From Octopus sinensis (taxonomy: Eukaryota): a DNA stretch of 64,000 nucleotides. The notes below the pieces were generated by a model. The model did no database searches. It was not told where the DNA came from and was given only the letters and a program-made list of their open reading frames with translations. Below, in pieces: positions 49,375-62,943 of the stretch; the first letter of the stretch is position 1; each line of letters begins with the position of its first letter. Location: assembly GCF_006345805.1 (NCBI RefSeq), contig NC_042999.1:7502001-7566000 (forward strand), given 5' to 3'. The translations under genes and the position numbers were made by a program.

Positions 49375-50430
49375 GATTTCAAAGTTTTGCCTCAAAGGCA
49401 GCTTGTGAGAGGGGATGAAGTCGATTACACCGACCTCAGTGCATAACTGGTACTTATTTAATCGACTCCGAAAGGATGAAAGCAAAGTCGACATCGGTGG
49501 AATTTGAATCAAAACGTTAAGGCGGACGAAATAACGCTACACATTTCGCCCAGCATGCTAACGATTGTGCCAGCCCGTCGCCTTAACCACGGCAGTAATA
49601 ATCCTTTCTACTCTAGGCACAAGGCCCGACATTTTGTGGGAGAGGGCTAGACCATTACATCGACGCCAGGAATCAACTCGCACTTGTTCTATTGATTCCG
49701 AAAGGATAAATGACAAAGACAACCTCGGCGGAATTTGAACTCAGAACTTAGCGGCAGGCGAAATACTTATTTCTATTTCTTTACTAACCACAAGGGGCTA
49801 AACAGAGAGAGAGAACAAACAAGGACAGACAAAGGGATTATGTCGATTATATCGACTACAGTGCGTAACTGGTACTTATTTAATCGACCCCGAAAGGATG
49901 AAAGGCACAGTCGACCTCGGCGGAATTTGAACTCAGAACCTAACGGCAGACGAAATACCGCTAAGCATTTCGCCCGCCGTGCTAACGATTCGGTCAGCTC
50001 TCCGTTTTAGCAACGACAGTAATAATAGATTGAAATTTTGGCAGTCAGCAGTTTTGAGGGGAGGGGAAAGTCATTTATACTGACTTCAGAACATGACACG
50101 TGATTTATTTTATCGATCTCAAAAAGGTAAAAAGCAAAGCTGAACCTGGTGGGATTTGAACACAGATTCTAAAGATTCGGAAGAAATGCTGCTAAGCATT
50201 TTGTCAGATGCATTAACAATCCTGCTGCCTTGCTCTCTTTATATCATAATAATCTTTTCTACTATAACCACAAGGTTTGAAATTTAGGTGGAGGGATTTG
50301 GTCAATTACGATGGGCCCGATAATGGAGTGACTCTTTATTTCATCCACTCTGAAAGGGTGGAAGACAAAGGTGATCTTTTGATCTTGGCGGGATTTCAAA
50401 CCGGAAAGTGAAGGTCTAGAAGAAATGCCG
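49375..50430 (-). mobile_element. Tandem array of about five SINE family 2 copies
   Basis: Successive reverse-complement modules separated by a recurring cagtaataat-like spacer (about 49362, 49591, 50018). Confidence 0.75.
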
Positions 50431-50432
50431 TA

Positions 50433-50441
50433 CTACTACTA

Positions 50442-50520
<79 letters not shown>

Positions 50521-50570
50521 CAAAACTACTACTACTGCTACTACTACTACTAAAACTACTACTGCTGCTG

Positions 50571-50612
<42 letters not shown>
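50433..50612. repeat. (TAC)n / (TGC)n microsatellite
   Basis: Direct inspection. Confidence 0.95.
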
Positions 50613-50629
50613 AAATAATGATAATAATT

Positions 50630-51420
50630 TATATAATAATTCTCCATGTTCGTGGGCCCGTTATACTTTAGTTCGAGGTGTGGAGGCGGAGTGTGTGAGA
50701 GGTGGAAGCGGAGTGAATGAGAAGTGGAGTAAAAGTGAATGATAGAGAAGAGGAGTGTGAGTAGAGAAGATAGAAATGAGGAAGAAGTAGAGACAGATGT
50801 ATAACAAGGCCAAGTGCGTCACGTGGTTAGTTGAAGGGTAAGACGAAGAGCGAGAGAAAAAAAAGACGGTGAGAGAAAAGAGGGAGAGAGAAGTGTTAAC
50901 GACGTGCTGTAGGGTGGAGAGGGAGAGATAAAGAGAAAGATATATGTTTAGGACGCAATATTTAGCAGAGGGTAATGTTCTGGTGGTGAGGTTAAAGACA
51001 GACAGAGATACGTGGACACGGGGGGCAGTTATGAGAGAGAGAAGGGGGGGGGGAGGTAGATAGTATTTCTATTATCAAAGTAGTATGGTTGTGGTGGCGG
51101 TGGTGGTGAAAAGTATTTTTTTATTGAACTAAATCTATAATATTCTTCTTCTACCTGTTCGTTCACACTTTACGCTTTAGTTTCTGTGAGAGAAGAGAAA
51201 ATGTGAGAGTGACTGAGAGGCCAGATAGCCAGTCGATGCATTATGCTGGCACTCATGTGGTTAGTGGACATGAGAGGTGAAGAGAAAGTGATAAATGTTA
51301 AAGACAGGAAGAAGAGAATTACATGGTTAAAATGTTTGTTGAAGAGGTCGAGAGAGAAATATAAAGTGCTTTGCAGATGGAAATTTTAAAATCATATAAA
51401 ATATTATTGTGACTGGAAGT
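50630..51420 (+). repeat. GA-rich repeat, copy 1 of a diverged duplication (copy 2 at about 54770-55635)
   Basis: Shared blocks: cccgttatacttta; gagagaaaagagggagagagaagtgtt; gttctggtggtgaggttaaaga; ttattgaactaaatctataatattcttcttcta. Confidence 0.8.
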
Positions 51421-51538
51421 GAAATACTTTAGCAAAATAGAAATAAAAATCGTCTTTTCTCTCTTAAATAGCTGCTCTTAATCTCTTTTTTGTTCTGTGA
51501 AATGTCCACGGGTCCCACTAGTAATGATGATGATGATG

Positions 51539-51590
<52 letters not shown>

Positions 51591-51676
51591 TGATAATACT
51601 ATAAATAATAATAGTAATAATAATAATATTAATAATAATAATAATGATAATATTAATAATAATAATGAGGATGATG

Positions 51677-51715
<39 letters not shown>

Positions 51716-51744
51716 TTATAAAAAAAAAATATAATATAATAATA

Positions 51745-51808
<64 letters not shown>

Positions 51809-51811
<3 letters not shown>

Positions 51812-54680
51812 CACCCAACCCGCCCAAACAGGAGTACCACCACCCAAACAAACCCTGTGGATAAATAACATCCAAAACAAAATAAAAAAAATTAGAAAAG
51901 ACCTGTCGATTCTTAATGAAATCAGCAAACAAGCAACGCTACTGAGCAACAAAAAGAGAACAAAAATGCTCCGCAAATATAACATCACAGAAAAAGATTT
52001 GCCGGAGATAAAAGAAAAGCTGAAGCAAGATATCCTTGCCAAAGCTCAAAGGATCCGCCGGTACGAGAAACGCCAACGCTTCTTTGAACAGAACAAAAAG
52101 TTCAACTCCGACCCCAAAAAGTTCTACCAAGAACTGGACAAAAATAAAATAGAAGTCACTGCAGCACCAACGGCAGAAGAATTGGAAGAATTCTGGAAAG
52201 AAATATGGTCGGCGAACGAACAGCCAAAAAAAAGAGTATGAAAATAACAAACTCGGCATCTGAACAACTTTGGACCCCCATAACAACTGAAGAGGTCACC
52301 CAGGCACTGCAAAAACTAAGCAACTGGAAGGCACCTGGGCATGACAAGATCCCCAACTTCTGGTTGAAATATCTAACAGGAATGCACAAAAAGCTGGCTG
52401 AAAACTTTAACAGCATACTAGCAGAGCCAGAGACAATGCCTGAATGGCTCACGAAGGGGAAAACCATCTTAATTCCCAAATCAAATAAAGAAACAACAAA
52501 ACCAGAAAACTACAGACCAATAACTGCCTCCCTACTATGTTCAAGGCATTTTCTGCAGTGATATCGCAAAGGCTGAACAAGCACCTGGACGAAAACAAAC
52601 TGTTCCCAGAAGAGCAGAAAGGATGCCGCAAGGCTCATATGGCTGTAAAGATCAACTAATGATTAATAAAGCCGTAACTGAAGACAGCCACAGAAGAAGA
52701 AAGGCCTCAGTATGGCCTGGATTGACTACAAAAAGGCGTTTGATAGCATCCCCCACACATGGATCCTCGAAACACTAGCCATTAACAAAGTAGCACCAAC
52801 AATCATAAAATGCATAGAGCACTCTATGAATAAATGGCAAACAGTCCTACACCTCCAAACAAAAGAGGGACTCATGAAAACCAAAGACATCCCCATTAGA
52901 AGAGGAATATTCCAGGGAGACACGCTTTCTCCACTCCTTTTCTGCTTGGCACTGTCACTGATATGCTAAATAGAACTGGATGCGGATATAAATGTTACGG
53001 CAAAACGATCAGCCACCTTTTATATATGGATGACCTAAAACTATACGCTGCAAATGACAAACAGCTGGAAACACTATTAAAGACAGTTCATGGATTTACC
53101 AAAGAAATAGATATGAAATATGGATTAGAAAAATGCGCCAAAGTAACCATGAAAAAAGGAAAACTAGTTAAGAGTAACAACATCACGCTAGATAAAACCA
53201 ATGAAATAAAAGAATTAGACCAAAGCCAAACCTACAAATACTTAGGAATCCATGAACTAGATAAGACACAACACACACAAATGAAAGAGAAAATAAAAAA
53301 AGAATATTATAGACGAGTTAGATCAATACTAAAAACAGAGCTCAATGCTAAAAACAAGATAATAGGTATCAACACTTTAGCTGTCCCAGTTATAAGTTAC
53401 AGCTACAATATCCTTAACTGGATACGAAATGAACTGTCCAAAATAGATAGGAAAACAAGAAAAATACTGACAGGATCTAGGATGCATCACCCAAAATCTG
53501 ACATAGAAAGACTATATATACAACGTATAGAAGGTGGTAGAGGCCTTATACAGCTGGAAAACTACTATAAAATAACCACCATAGGACTGCAAAAATACCT
53601 ACTTCAGAAGGAAGGAAAACTGATCCAGATAGCAGCAAAACACGAGCAAAACAAAAACTGTTCTCAGTATTTAAGGAAGCTGACAAATACAAACAAGAAA
53701 TCATACCACCTAATAAACACAAAGAAGAGAAGAAGATATGATGAAGAAACAACAAAAGCTATAAAACAAATGAAATCCAAACTAAAAATAGAACAGCAAC
53801 GAGCCATGATAAAACGATGGCAAGAAAAACCCCTTCATGGTAAATACTGGACTAAACTAAACGCAAAATAAATAGACAAAGAAAAATCCCAGCAATGGTT
53901 GAGAAGCTCGGACTCAAAGCAGAAACAGAGGGGTTTTTAATTGCAGCAAAGACCAAAGCAAAGCCTCCCCACCAGAAATTACCAAAAACATGTAATGAAA
54001 AGAAATATTACAAGTAACTGCAGAATATGTGGAGATGGACAAGAAACAATAAATCATATTATCTCTAGCTGCCCAGTCCTGGCTAAGAAGGAATATATTC
54101 ACAGACATGACAGAGTTGGAACCTACATACATTGGAAGCTATGCCAACATTATGGAATAACAACAGAAAAAAGATGGTATAGGCACACACCAGAAAAGGT
54201 CACAGAAAACGAGAAAGCAAACCATACTCTGGGATATGCCGATACACACAGATAGAGAAATTAAGGCCAACATACCAGATATAGTTGTCAGAGATCATGA
54301 AGAAACAAATGCTTTCTAATTGATGTATCAATACCGGCAGATGACAACGTTTCTCTAAAAGAAATGGAGAAACTCTCAAAATACAAAGACCTGGAAATAG
54401 AGGTAACTAGAATGTGGAACCTGAAAACAGAAACAATTCCTATCATAGTAGGTGCATTAGGCATGATAAAAAATATTCAGACAAATACATAACAAAAACA
54501 CCAGGACTTACAAAACATATAACATACAGAAAATTGCACTACTAGGCACTGCACACATCCTACGCAGAACACTTTCCATACAATAACCATCAGAGCATCA
54601 CAACAAATCACAGCACATACCCAAGGCACACAGAGTTGCGCTCGGTAGTGAAGTGAAAGCACGCTATAAAAATAAAACTA

Positions 54681-54683
<3 letters not shown>
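51809..54683 (+). mobile_element. Dong/R4-clade non-LTR retrotransposon, 5'-truncated, inserted in (AAT)n; ORF frameshifted
   Basis: RT motifs WKAPGHD, YRPIT, IDYKKAFDSIPH, GIFQGDTLSPLLF, LYMDDLKLY and YKYLG; CCHC CRICGDGQETINHIISSC; REL motif PDIVV...LIDVSIP...EK..KYKDL. (AAT)n lies on both sides (51729-51807 and 54684-54770). Confidence 0.92.
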
Positions 54684-54727
<44 letters not shown>

Positions 54728-55141
54728 TGATAATAATAATAATAATAATATTAATAATAATAATAATAATCTATGTAATAATCTGCTTGTTCGTTCACCC
54801 GTTATACTTTACTTAATTAGAGAGATGGAGCTGGAGTAAGTGAGAGGTGGAGTTGGAGTGAGTGAACGGTAGAGTTGGAGTGAGAGAGTGTGGGGAGGAA
54901 TGTGAGCGGAGAAAAAGGAAGTGAAGTAGAAAAAGATGCATAATAAGGCCAAATGTATCACGTAATTATTTAAAGGCAGAGGGGAAGAGTGAGAGAAAAG
55001 AGGGAGAGAGAAGTGTTGTAGGATGGGGAGGGAGAGGTGAAGAGAAAGAGATATGTTTAGGATACAGTATTTAGGAGAGGGTGGTGTTCTGGTGGTGAGG
55101 TTAAAGAAAGGCAAATAGAGAGAGATAGGCAGTTACATCAA

Positions 55142-55181
<40 letters not shown>

Positions 55182-56069
55182 CATAGGCAGTAGGTAGCGT
55201 TTGCATTGTCAGAATAGAGATCGACAGAAAAATATATAAACAAACGGCTGAACTGAAATGAAATGAGCTTTGTTCCTCATAACTACAGTGATGATGATGA
55301 TGGAGCTGGTGATAGAGGTGGTGGTGGTTGTGGGGATGGTATGTTGATAGGGAAACTTATTTTTTTTATTGAACTAAATCTATAATATTCTTCTTCTAGC
55401 AGTTTGTTCACACTTTGCGCTTTAGTTTGTTAAAGAGAAAGAGGAGGGGGAGGAAGTTGAGTGAGAGAGAGAGAGAGAGAGAGGAAGAGGGGATGGGAGA
55501 AAGCAGATAGCCAGCCGATGCATTATGTGGTCAGTCATGTGGTTAGTGGAAGTGAGAGGTGAAGAGAAAAAGAGAAATATTAAAGACATAAAGAAGGGAA
55601 TTACAAGGTTACAAAGCTTGTTGGAGAGTTCGAAAAAGAAAGCAGGGAACTTAGGCTTTTATTTGCTTACGATTCGTTCAGCTCTGAGTGTTTTATGAAA
55701 CTTTTGAAACAGTTGTCTACTACTCATGGGTTTTAATACCGGTGATTGTAGGAACACTTAAAATGATCAAAAAAGGAAAATTATCTGAGAATGATCCCTG
55801 GCGTACCATTCCTGCAAGAAGTGCAAAACAATGTTTTAACTGGTACATCGTACGTATTAAGTGAGAACGATTACCACTCATATAAATATTTTTAAAAAAT
55901 CTAACCTTATTTCCTTTTTGTCAATAACAACCTGATTTGTTTGTTTTAATGGCTTATCAGTGTATATAGTGAGTTTCGTTGTCCTAGGTGTCGGGAAGAC
56001 AGTCGAGAAGAAATGGAAACAACATTGAAGTAAAACTCAAAATAAACATGATGAAAATGATTATGATGA

Positions 56070-56100
<31 letters not shown>

Positions 56101-56567
56101 AAAATGTTGAAAGTTTCTGTAGTTTATCTCTGATCATTACTTGTTTTTGCGTTGTTATTACTGTTGTGTTAATGCCCCTGACATTTACCACTGGATTAAA
56201 AATATTCAATAATAGACGTAGCCACCATAAAACGAGATTGTTATCATAAAAAATACAGTTTGGTATTTGGTCTTGAAACAAAATTTCATCGGCGAAACTT
56301 CGCTCTAATAGCATCGATTGTTAAGTGGAGTCTACAGAAAATTAAGTCAAAACGATACAAATGATATTTTTCTTTTATCATAAAACCGTGGTCAAATATT
56401 TTCCCATTAACTGGATGTAATGTCAGCAAACATATCCATAAAAAAAAAACTAGCAGTTATTTAATGCCGGAACTCGGCTCTTACCGAAAGTGATTAGCTG
56501 CAGGAATGTCGCAAAAATATTAACGTTACGTTTTAATGTCCGTATTACTTCGCTGTGTCTGTGTTAA

Positions 56568-56963
56568 ATCTCTCTCTTTATAAAGCTGAAGTTGTCTGTG
56601 TATGGCAGTTTTGGTAGTCTTCAACTAACACTATCTCCTCCGAGACCCTGCGGCGCAAGTTGACCAAAATTGAGAGTATGATAGAAGAAGGCTTGCTCTT
56701 TCTTCCGTTGAAGAAAAAATTCAAATGGGACCATGTTAACACCAAAAATTATTTACATCAAAAAGGTGATTTTTTTTTATGAAAATCCCTATTTTTTTTA
56801 CGAGTTTTTGACTGCTGTCTCGCCATTTTTCGGTGTATTTCAACCAGAAAAATGTTCACTTCAAGAGAATAACAAGCTACATAATGCATAATTTTTACTT
56901 TTCAAAAATTCCAATTCTAAATGGTCGAAACAAACCCGAGCAACGCCGGGCGATACTGCTAGT
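56568..56963 (-). mobile_element. Helentron/DINE-1-like element, copy 3 (most complete)
   Basis: Reverse complement starts actagcagtatcgcccggcgttgctcggg and ends gctttataaagagagagat. Confidence 0.6.
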
Positions 56964-57351
56964 AGAAAATATTCCCCAATGCTTCAATACACGTGACACT
57001 AAATTGTTTTAACACAGTCCTTCTACTCGTCATTGACATCATTGGGACCGTTGTTAAACTAACCAGTGTCCCATTATCTTACGGGTCTGCGTTCGAATTC
57101 GTGTTTTAGTATTTGTTTGTAGATGTATTAAACACCAGGCTGACTCGCTCTTCTTAATAAGAAACATTTACACATATTCTTATGATCCAGCAGAAAACGG
57201 TAGTTCCTGTTACCCCTCTTCACACTTTAAATTGGTATCTACCATACAAAGAGGCGAGTGATAGTGAATCAACTGGCATTTCAAATGGATATAACTGGTG
57301 GATGTGGAACAGACTCGCAGGCATAAGGGTTTAGGAAAAACGATATCCATT

Positions 57352-57772
57352 ATACTCTCTTTTACTCTTTTACTTGTTTCAGTCATTTGACTGTGGCCAT
57401 GCTGGAGCACCGCCTTTAGTCGAGCACATCGACCCCCAGGACTTATTCTTTGTAAGCCTAGTACTTATTCTATCGGGGTCTTTAGCAGAACCGTTAAGTA
57501 ACGGAGACGTAAACACACCACCATCGGTTGTCAAGCGATGTTGGGGGGGGGGGACAAACACACACACATATATACATACATACATATATACATATATATA
57601 CATATATACGACGGGCTTCTTTCAGTTTCCGTCTACCAAATCCACTCTCAAGGCTTCGGTCGGCCCGAGGCTATAGTAGAAGACACTTGCCCAAGGTGCC
57701 ACGCAGTGGAAATGAACCCGGAACCATGAGGTTGGTAAGCAAGCTACTTACCACAGAGCCACTCCTGCGCCT
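57352..57772 (-). mobile_element. SINE family 1 (full length)
   Basis: Colinear with 686-1105. Confidence 0.9.
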
Positions 57773-58052
57773 ATATTGGAATGTTGTCTCAGTTAAGTAC
57801 ACAGTTTTCCGAAGCATCCAGTTTCTCTTGTATGATCTCATAAAATCGCAAATTCTTATCACATACCATTTCTCCTCTCCTTCAAAACGCATAAAAACCT
57901 TCGGGACATTTCGGTTAATATCGCCCTGTTTCACAACCACACGCAGTTAGGCGTCTCCATATGCTCTCTCTCTACCTATTCTCCGACTGTCCATCGATCA
58001 ATAAAGGCGGCAACAGTCAGCGACCAGAAACACAAGTGAGAATTCACCAGAA

Positions 58053-58476
58053 ATACCTATTTCTTTTACTACCCATAAGGGGCTAAACACAGAGAGGACA
58101 AACAAGGACAGACAAACGGATTAAGTCGATTATATCGACCCCAGTGCGTAACAGGTACTTATTTAATCGACCCCGAAAGGATGAAAGGCAAAGTCGACCT
58201 CGTTGGAATTTGAACTCAGAACGTAGCGGCAGACGAAATACCTATTTCTTTACTAACCACAAAGGGCTAAACACAGACGGGACAAACAAGGACAGACAAA
58301 CGGATTAAGTCGATTATATCGACCCCAGTGCGTAACTAGCACTTAATTTATCGATGCCTAAAGGATGAAAGGCAAAAGTCGACCTCGGCGGAATTTGAAC
58401 TCAGAACGTAACGGCAGACGAAATACGGCTACGCATTTCGCCTGGCGTGCTAACGTTTCTGCCAGCTCGCCGCCTT
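58053..58476 (-). mobile_element. SINE family 2, multi-unit
   Basis: A 12-bp TSD aattcaccagaa lies at 58041-58052 and 58477-58488. Confidence 0.9.
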
Positions 58477-58819
58477 AATTCACCAGAACAACTGTCAGGC
58501 CGAAGGTAAATGTTTTTCTCTCGCAATGAATAAGATTTATGGACAAAAGCTTAGAAATCCACACCCAAGCAGCATATGAACAACGCATGAATGTAGAAAA
58601 GATGAAACTTAGCCAATAAATACAATGATTACTGACAGGGATTGCCGCTAGTCTCCTTGGATTCAGGTTTTCAGATTCATGTCACGCACACGCGCACAAA
58701 TGCACGTTCAGGCGTTTATGTATGCGCGCGTGTGTGTGTGTGTGTACGCGCATATATATATATAGTTAATCCAAACAAGAAAGCACAAATAAACACAACG
58801 CGAGGACGTGGAACAAATA

Positions 58820-58839
58820 TATATATAATATATATAATT

Positions 58840-58891
<52 letters not shown>

Positions 58892-58896
58892 ATATA

Positions 58897-58928
<32 letters not shown>

Positions 58929-58934
58929 ATATAT

Positions 58935-58968
<34 letters not shown>

Positions 58969-58985
58969 AAATATATAATATATAT

Positions 58986-59027
<42 letters not shown>

Positions 59028-59039
59028 TAATATATATAT

Positions 59040-59087
<48 letters not shown>

Positions 59088-59191
59088 GTATATAATAATA
59101 TATATATATAATATATAATATTTTATAAATTTCCTCTATTTACATAATATTGAGGTCTCTTTCTTTCTTTTGTTATCTTACCGTTTTACCA

Positions 59192-59263
<72 letters not shown>

Positions 59264-59553
59264 TATATATATATATATATATAAATTATATATATATATG
59301 CATATATTTATGTATGTATGCATCAATATATGTATGCGTGTATTTACAAAGTGTACAAAGGTAAAGCAGAGATGGGATGGTGTGTGTTAAGTGAAACAAA
59401 TAACAACCGCATAACATTTCAATAAGGGCCCAGTGAAACATTTGACATTTTTCATTCCGCCATTTCTCTTCTAATGTTAAACCAACAAACCGCAAGTTTC
59501 CATTGTACTAACACTCGCCGAAGCGTAAAGGAAACAGTCTCCTTGAAATTTAG

Positions 59554-59595
<42 letters not shown>

Positions 59596-59684
59596 CGTGT
59601 GTATGTATGTATACATACATATATAACACACACACACCACACACACACACCACATATATATTATATATAAATATACGCACACAC

Positions 59685-59716
<32 letters not shown>

Positions 59717-59942
59717 ATATATATATAATATATATATATATATATGTGTGTGTGTTGTGTGTATATATATTATACATTCATATGTATACACACACACATA
59801 TATATATATATCGACTTATATATATATATATTATATACACATATATATATGTGCATATTTATGTACGTACGTGTACGCATGTGTGCATGTCTGTATGTAC
59901 GTGCGCATGTACGTATTTATGTATGTATATATATATATTATA

Positions 59943-59977
<35 letters not shown>

Positions 59978-60254
59978 GTGTATGTATGTATGTATGTATG
60001 TATATGTGTGTATGTATGTATGTATGTATGTATATATCCTGAACTATTTACTTATGAGAGTATATATAATTATTATACATGTGTATATCGATACATTTAT
60101 ATTATATATACATAGATGCGTGTTGATTGGGTATGTTTGTGAATGCTTAAGTATACTTTTGTGCGCGAGCACGTGCCGGTGCGCATGCGTGTGTGTTTGT
60201 GTGTGTTTGTGTGTGTGTGTGTGTGTGCGTGTGTATGTGTGTGTGTATGTGTGA

Positions 60255-60285
<31 letters not shown>

Positions 60286-60471
60286 AGTGAGTGTGTGTGT
60301 GTGTGAGTGTGTGTGTGTGAGTGTGTGTGTGTGAGTGTGTGTGTGTGTGTGTGTGTGAGTGTGTTGTGTGTGTGTGTGTGTGTGAGTGTGTGTGTGAGTG
60401 TGTGTGTGTGTGTAAGTGTGTGACTGTGTGTGTGTGTGTGTGTGTGCGTGTGTATGTGTGTGCGTATGTGC

Positions 60472-60504
<33 letters not shown>

Positions 60505-60525
60505 GGTGTGTGTGTGTGAGTGTGT
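58820..60525. repeat. Long compound microsatellite field: (TA)n, (TATG)n, (GT)n / (GAGT)n
   Basis: Direct inspection; source of the CVCV, HTHT and YIYI ORFs. Confidence 0.95.
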
Positions 60526-60696
60526 GTTGTGTGTTTCAAGCAGGGGAAGCAAAAATGAAAATAGAATCTGTGGTAGAGAGCAGAAAAAAAACAGCTGAAA
60601 AGTACGTTGCAGAATTACATGTAAGTTAATAACACTCACATCCATGCGCTCTCCTATGTGAAACCACGTAAACACACACACACACGCACACGCACA

Positions 60697-60730
<34 letters not shown>

Positions 60731-60862
60731 CATTTAAACAGCTTGGGAGAGAGGGAGAGATAGAGAAGAGAGGCGTAATAATGTGGCCTGCTAGAAAGTC
60801 TGTTTATTTTGTATTTGTTGTTGTAGTAGTAGTAATAAAATAACCGATCATTCTCCAGGCAC

Positions 60863-60876
60863 GTTACCATGGTAAC
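60863..60876. promoter_or_regulatory. Candidate RFX X-box (perfect palindrome GTTACCATGGTAAC)
   Basis: Matches the RFX consensus GTNRCC-N(0-3)-RGYAAC as a perfect 14-bp palindrome in non-repeat sequence. No linked gene is demonstrated. Confidence 0.4.
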
Positions 60877-61037
60877 AGCAGGTATTGGAATCGAGGTAAA
60901 TGGTATGAACGCTGGTATAAGAAGGAACCCTGACTTGTCTGCGGAGAAAATATAATAAGCGAGGAAAAGTTGAAGAAATAAATGATAACCAGCATCCTCA
61001 CTTAATGTAGTATCATATTCAATAGTATCGTTTCCGT

Positions 61038-61275
61038 GAAGGCGCGTGGCTTAGTGGTGAAGGTTCTTCGGCTCACCATTGTAAGGTCAGGAGTTCAATA
61101 CACGGCGGTCCGTTATGTCTCTGATAAAAACACTTTATTTCACGTTGCTGCAAAGTGAGTTGCACCAGAAATTCAAAGGGCCAGTGTGTGTCACGCGTGT
61201 ATATCGAGTGCTCAACCATTTCCCCCGTTAATTTCAGGGACAGGAGCCGCCCGTTTCGTTCATTGGATAAACTAG
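61038..61275 (+). mobile_element. tRNA-derived SINE, head B plus tail Y, decayed
   Basis: gaaggcgcgtggcttagtgg...gagttcaat head; tail gagtgctcaaccatttccccgttaatttcaggg resembles 14090-14135. Confidence 0.65.
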
Positions 61276-61284
61276 ATCGTTTAT

Positions 61285-61315
<31 letters not shown>

Positions 61316-61405
61316 GAAAGTAAAAACATATGTGCGAAACAAGGTGGGGAAAAATAGTACTCGAATACCGGAGGTAGAGTAATATGCTTTATTATTATTA
61401 AAACC

Positions 61406-61553
61406 GCAAAAACACCACAAAAATATCACACAACCTGCCACTCAGAGTTTCACGTTCCCGTTCGTCAGACAGTTTAGATTAAGAATCTCAATATAAACTG
61501 TCCAACGAACGTGAACGTAAAACTCTGAGTATAATTTTTTGTGATGTTTTTGC
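61406..61553. repeat. Short inverted repeat with a hammerhead-like motif in each arm
   Basis: Minus 61435-61472 reads ctgt CTGACGA acg ggaa cgt GAAAC TCTGA GT G gcag. The plus-strand mirror at 61498-61535 is degenerate. Confidence 0.6.
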
Positions 61554-61574
61554 AGCGTTAGTAATTATAAAGTT

Positions 61575-61609
<35 letters not shown>

Positions 61610-62609
61610 ATAAGTACTGTATACTTGTAATGAATGTACTACCTCAAGGTAGACTAATAAAACATAGGCAACAAGGTCTTTCAAGAGATTCGGGATTATT
61701 TCTTTCACATGGGACAAGTATTGCAAACTTGTCACTGTGAAATGTTAGGAGTAAATTATGAAATGGGAAAACATGACCGCGGCTATTTGGCGTCTTGAAA
61801 TAACTAATTATGCCTAAAATGACAAAGCTGGTTTTGTGGAGAATGTTTGTAGAGAATTGATCTGCAAAGGTAAGAGTAAAGTTGTGTCTACTTTGGGAGG
61901 CATTTGGAATGCTGTGAACTTGATTTACTAGGCTGCGGTTTAATTTCCCAGAAATACCCATCCACTTAGAATATATAGAAATGAATGTGAATATTTCTTA
62001 TACACATAAAAAATATGGCCTCCAATAGACAAAAGATATCGTGCAGAATGTCAAACCACAAAAAGTTATAACAAAAGAGTTAATTGAAATTAGTAAAATC
62101 TCATGGTATATAAAGCACTTCAGAAATGGAGACATATGGTTAAAAAAAACCGTGAACACCTCAATGGCAAATATATTTTAGGGTCATCGAAATATCAGAC
62201 ACGGCAAACAGATGAGTTTATTTCGAAGTGCCGGTATCAGAAGAAGGTCTTTCTCATCTCAACTGTACTATCGAGACAGGTTAAATATAGATAAACGAAC
62301 TATTTTAATCTCCAAAGACTACCATAACAATCATGCTAATAAATATTGACTGCTAGTAACACACACTCAAGCAGCCCTTTTCGACCGAAGATTCTGTGAT
62401 GCAAGGAAGGGAGATGAAACTCGAAAAACTGAAATGATGTAAACTAGAAGAAGAAAAAAAATATACGAGATTTTCTAAACTGATAGTAAGTCCTTCATGT
62501 TCTTTGATTTAGTTCCAGCGTTATCGTGAATGTTATTATAAACATGCACACTGGCATACAATTTATCATTCTCTCACGCGCGCACACAAGTACAGATATA
62601 TGTATATAT

Positions 62610-62666
<57 letters not shown>

Positions 62667-62895
62667 ATATATATAACATATATATATATACATATTGTAT
62701 ATATATATATATATATATATACAATATGTATATATATGTGAGTGTATAGATCTATATATGTATGATATAAGTGTATATATATATATATATATATATATGT
62801 ACATACATACACATATACATACAGACAGGCAGACACATACATGCAAATATATACATGCGTGTATGTGCTTCTTTGGGTGTTTGTATGTGTATGTA

Positions 62896-62943
<48 letters not shown>

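Noticed and set aside
55946-56314. 122-aa ORF with a poly-His run
   Set aside because: The poly-His comes from a (GAT)n microsatellite, and the rest has no domain signal.
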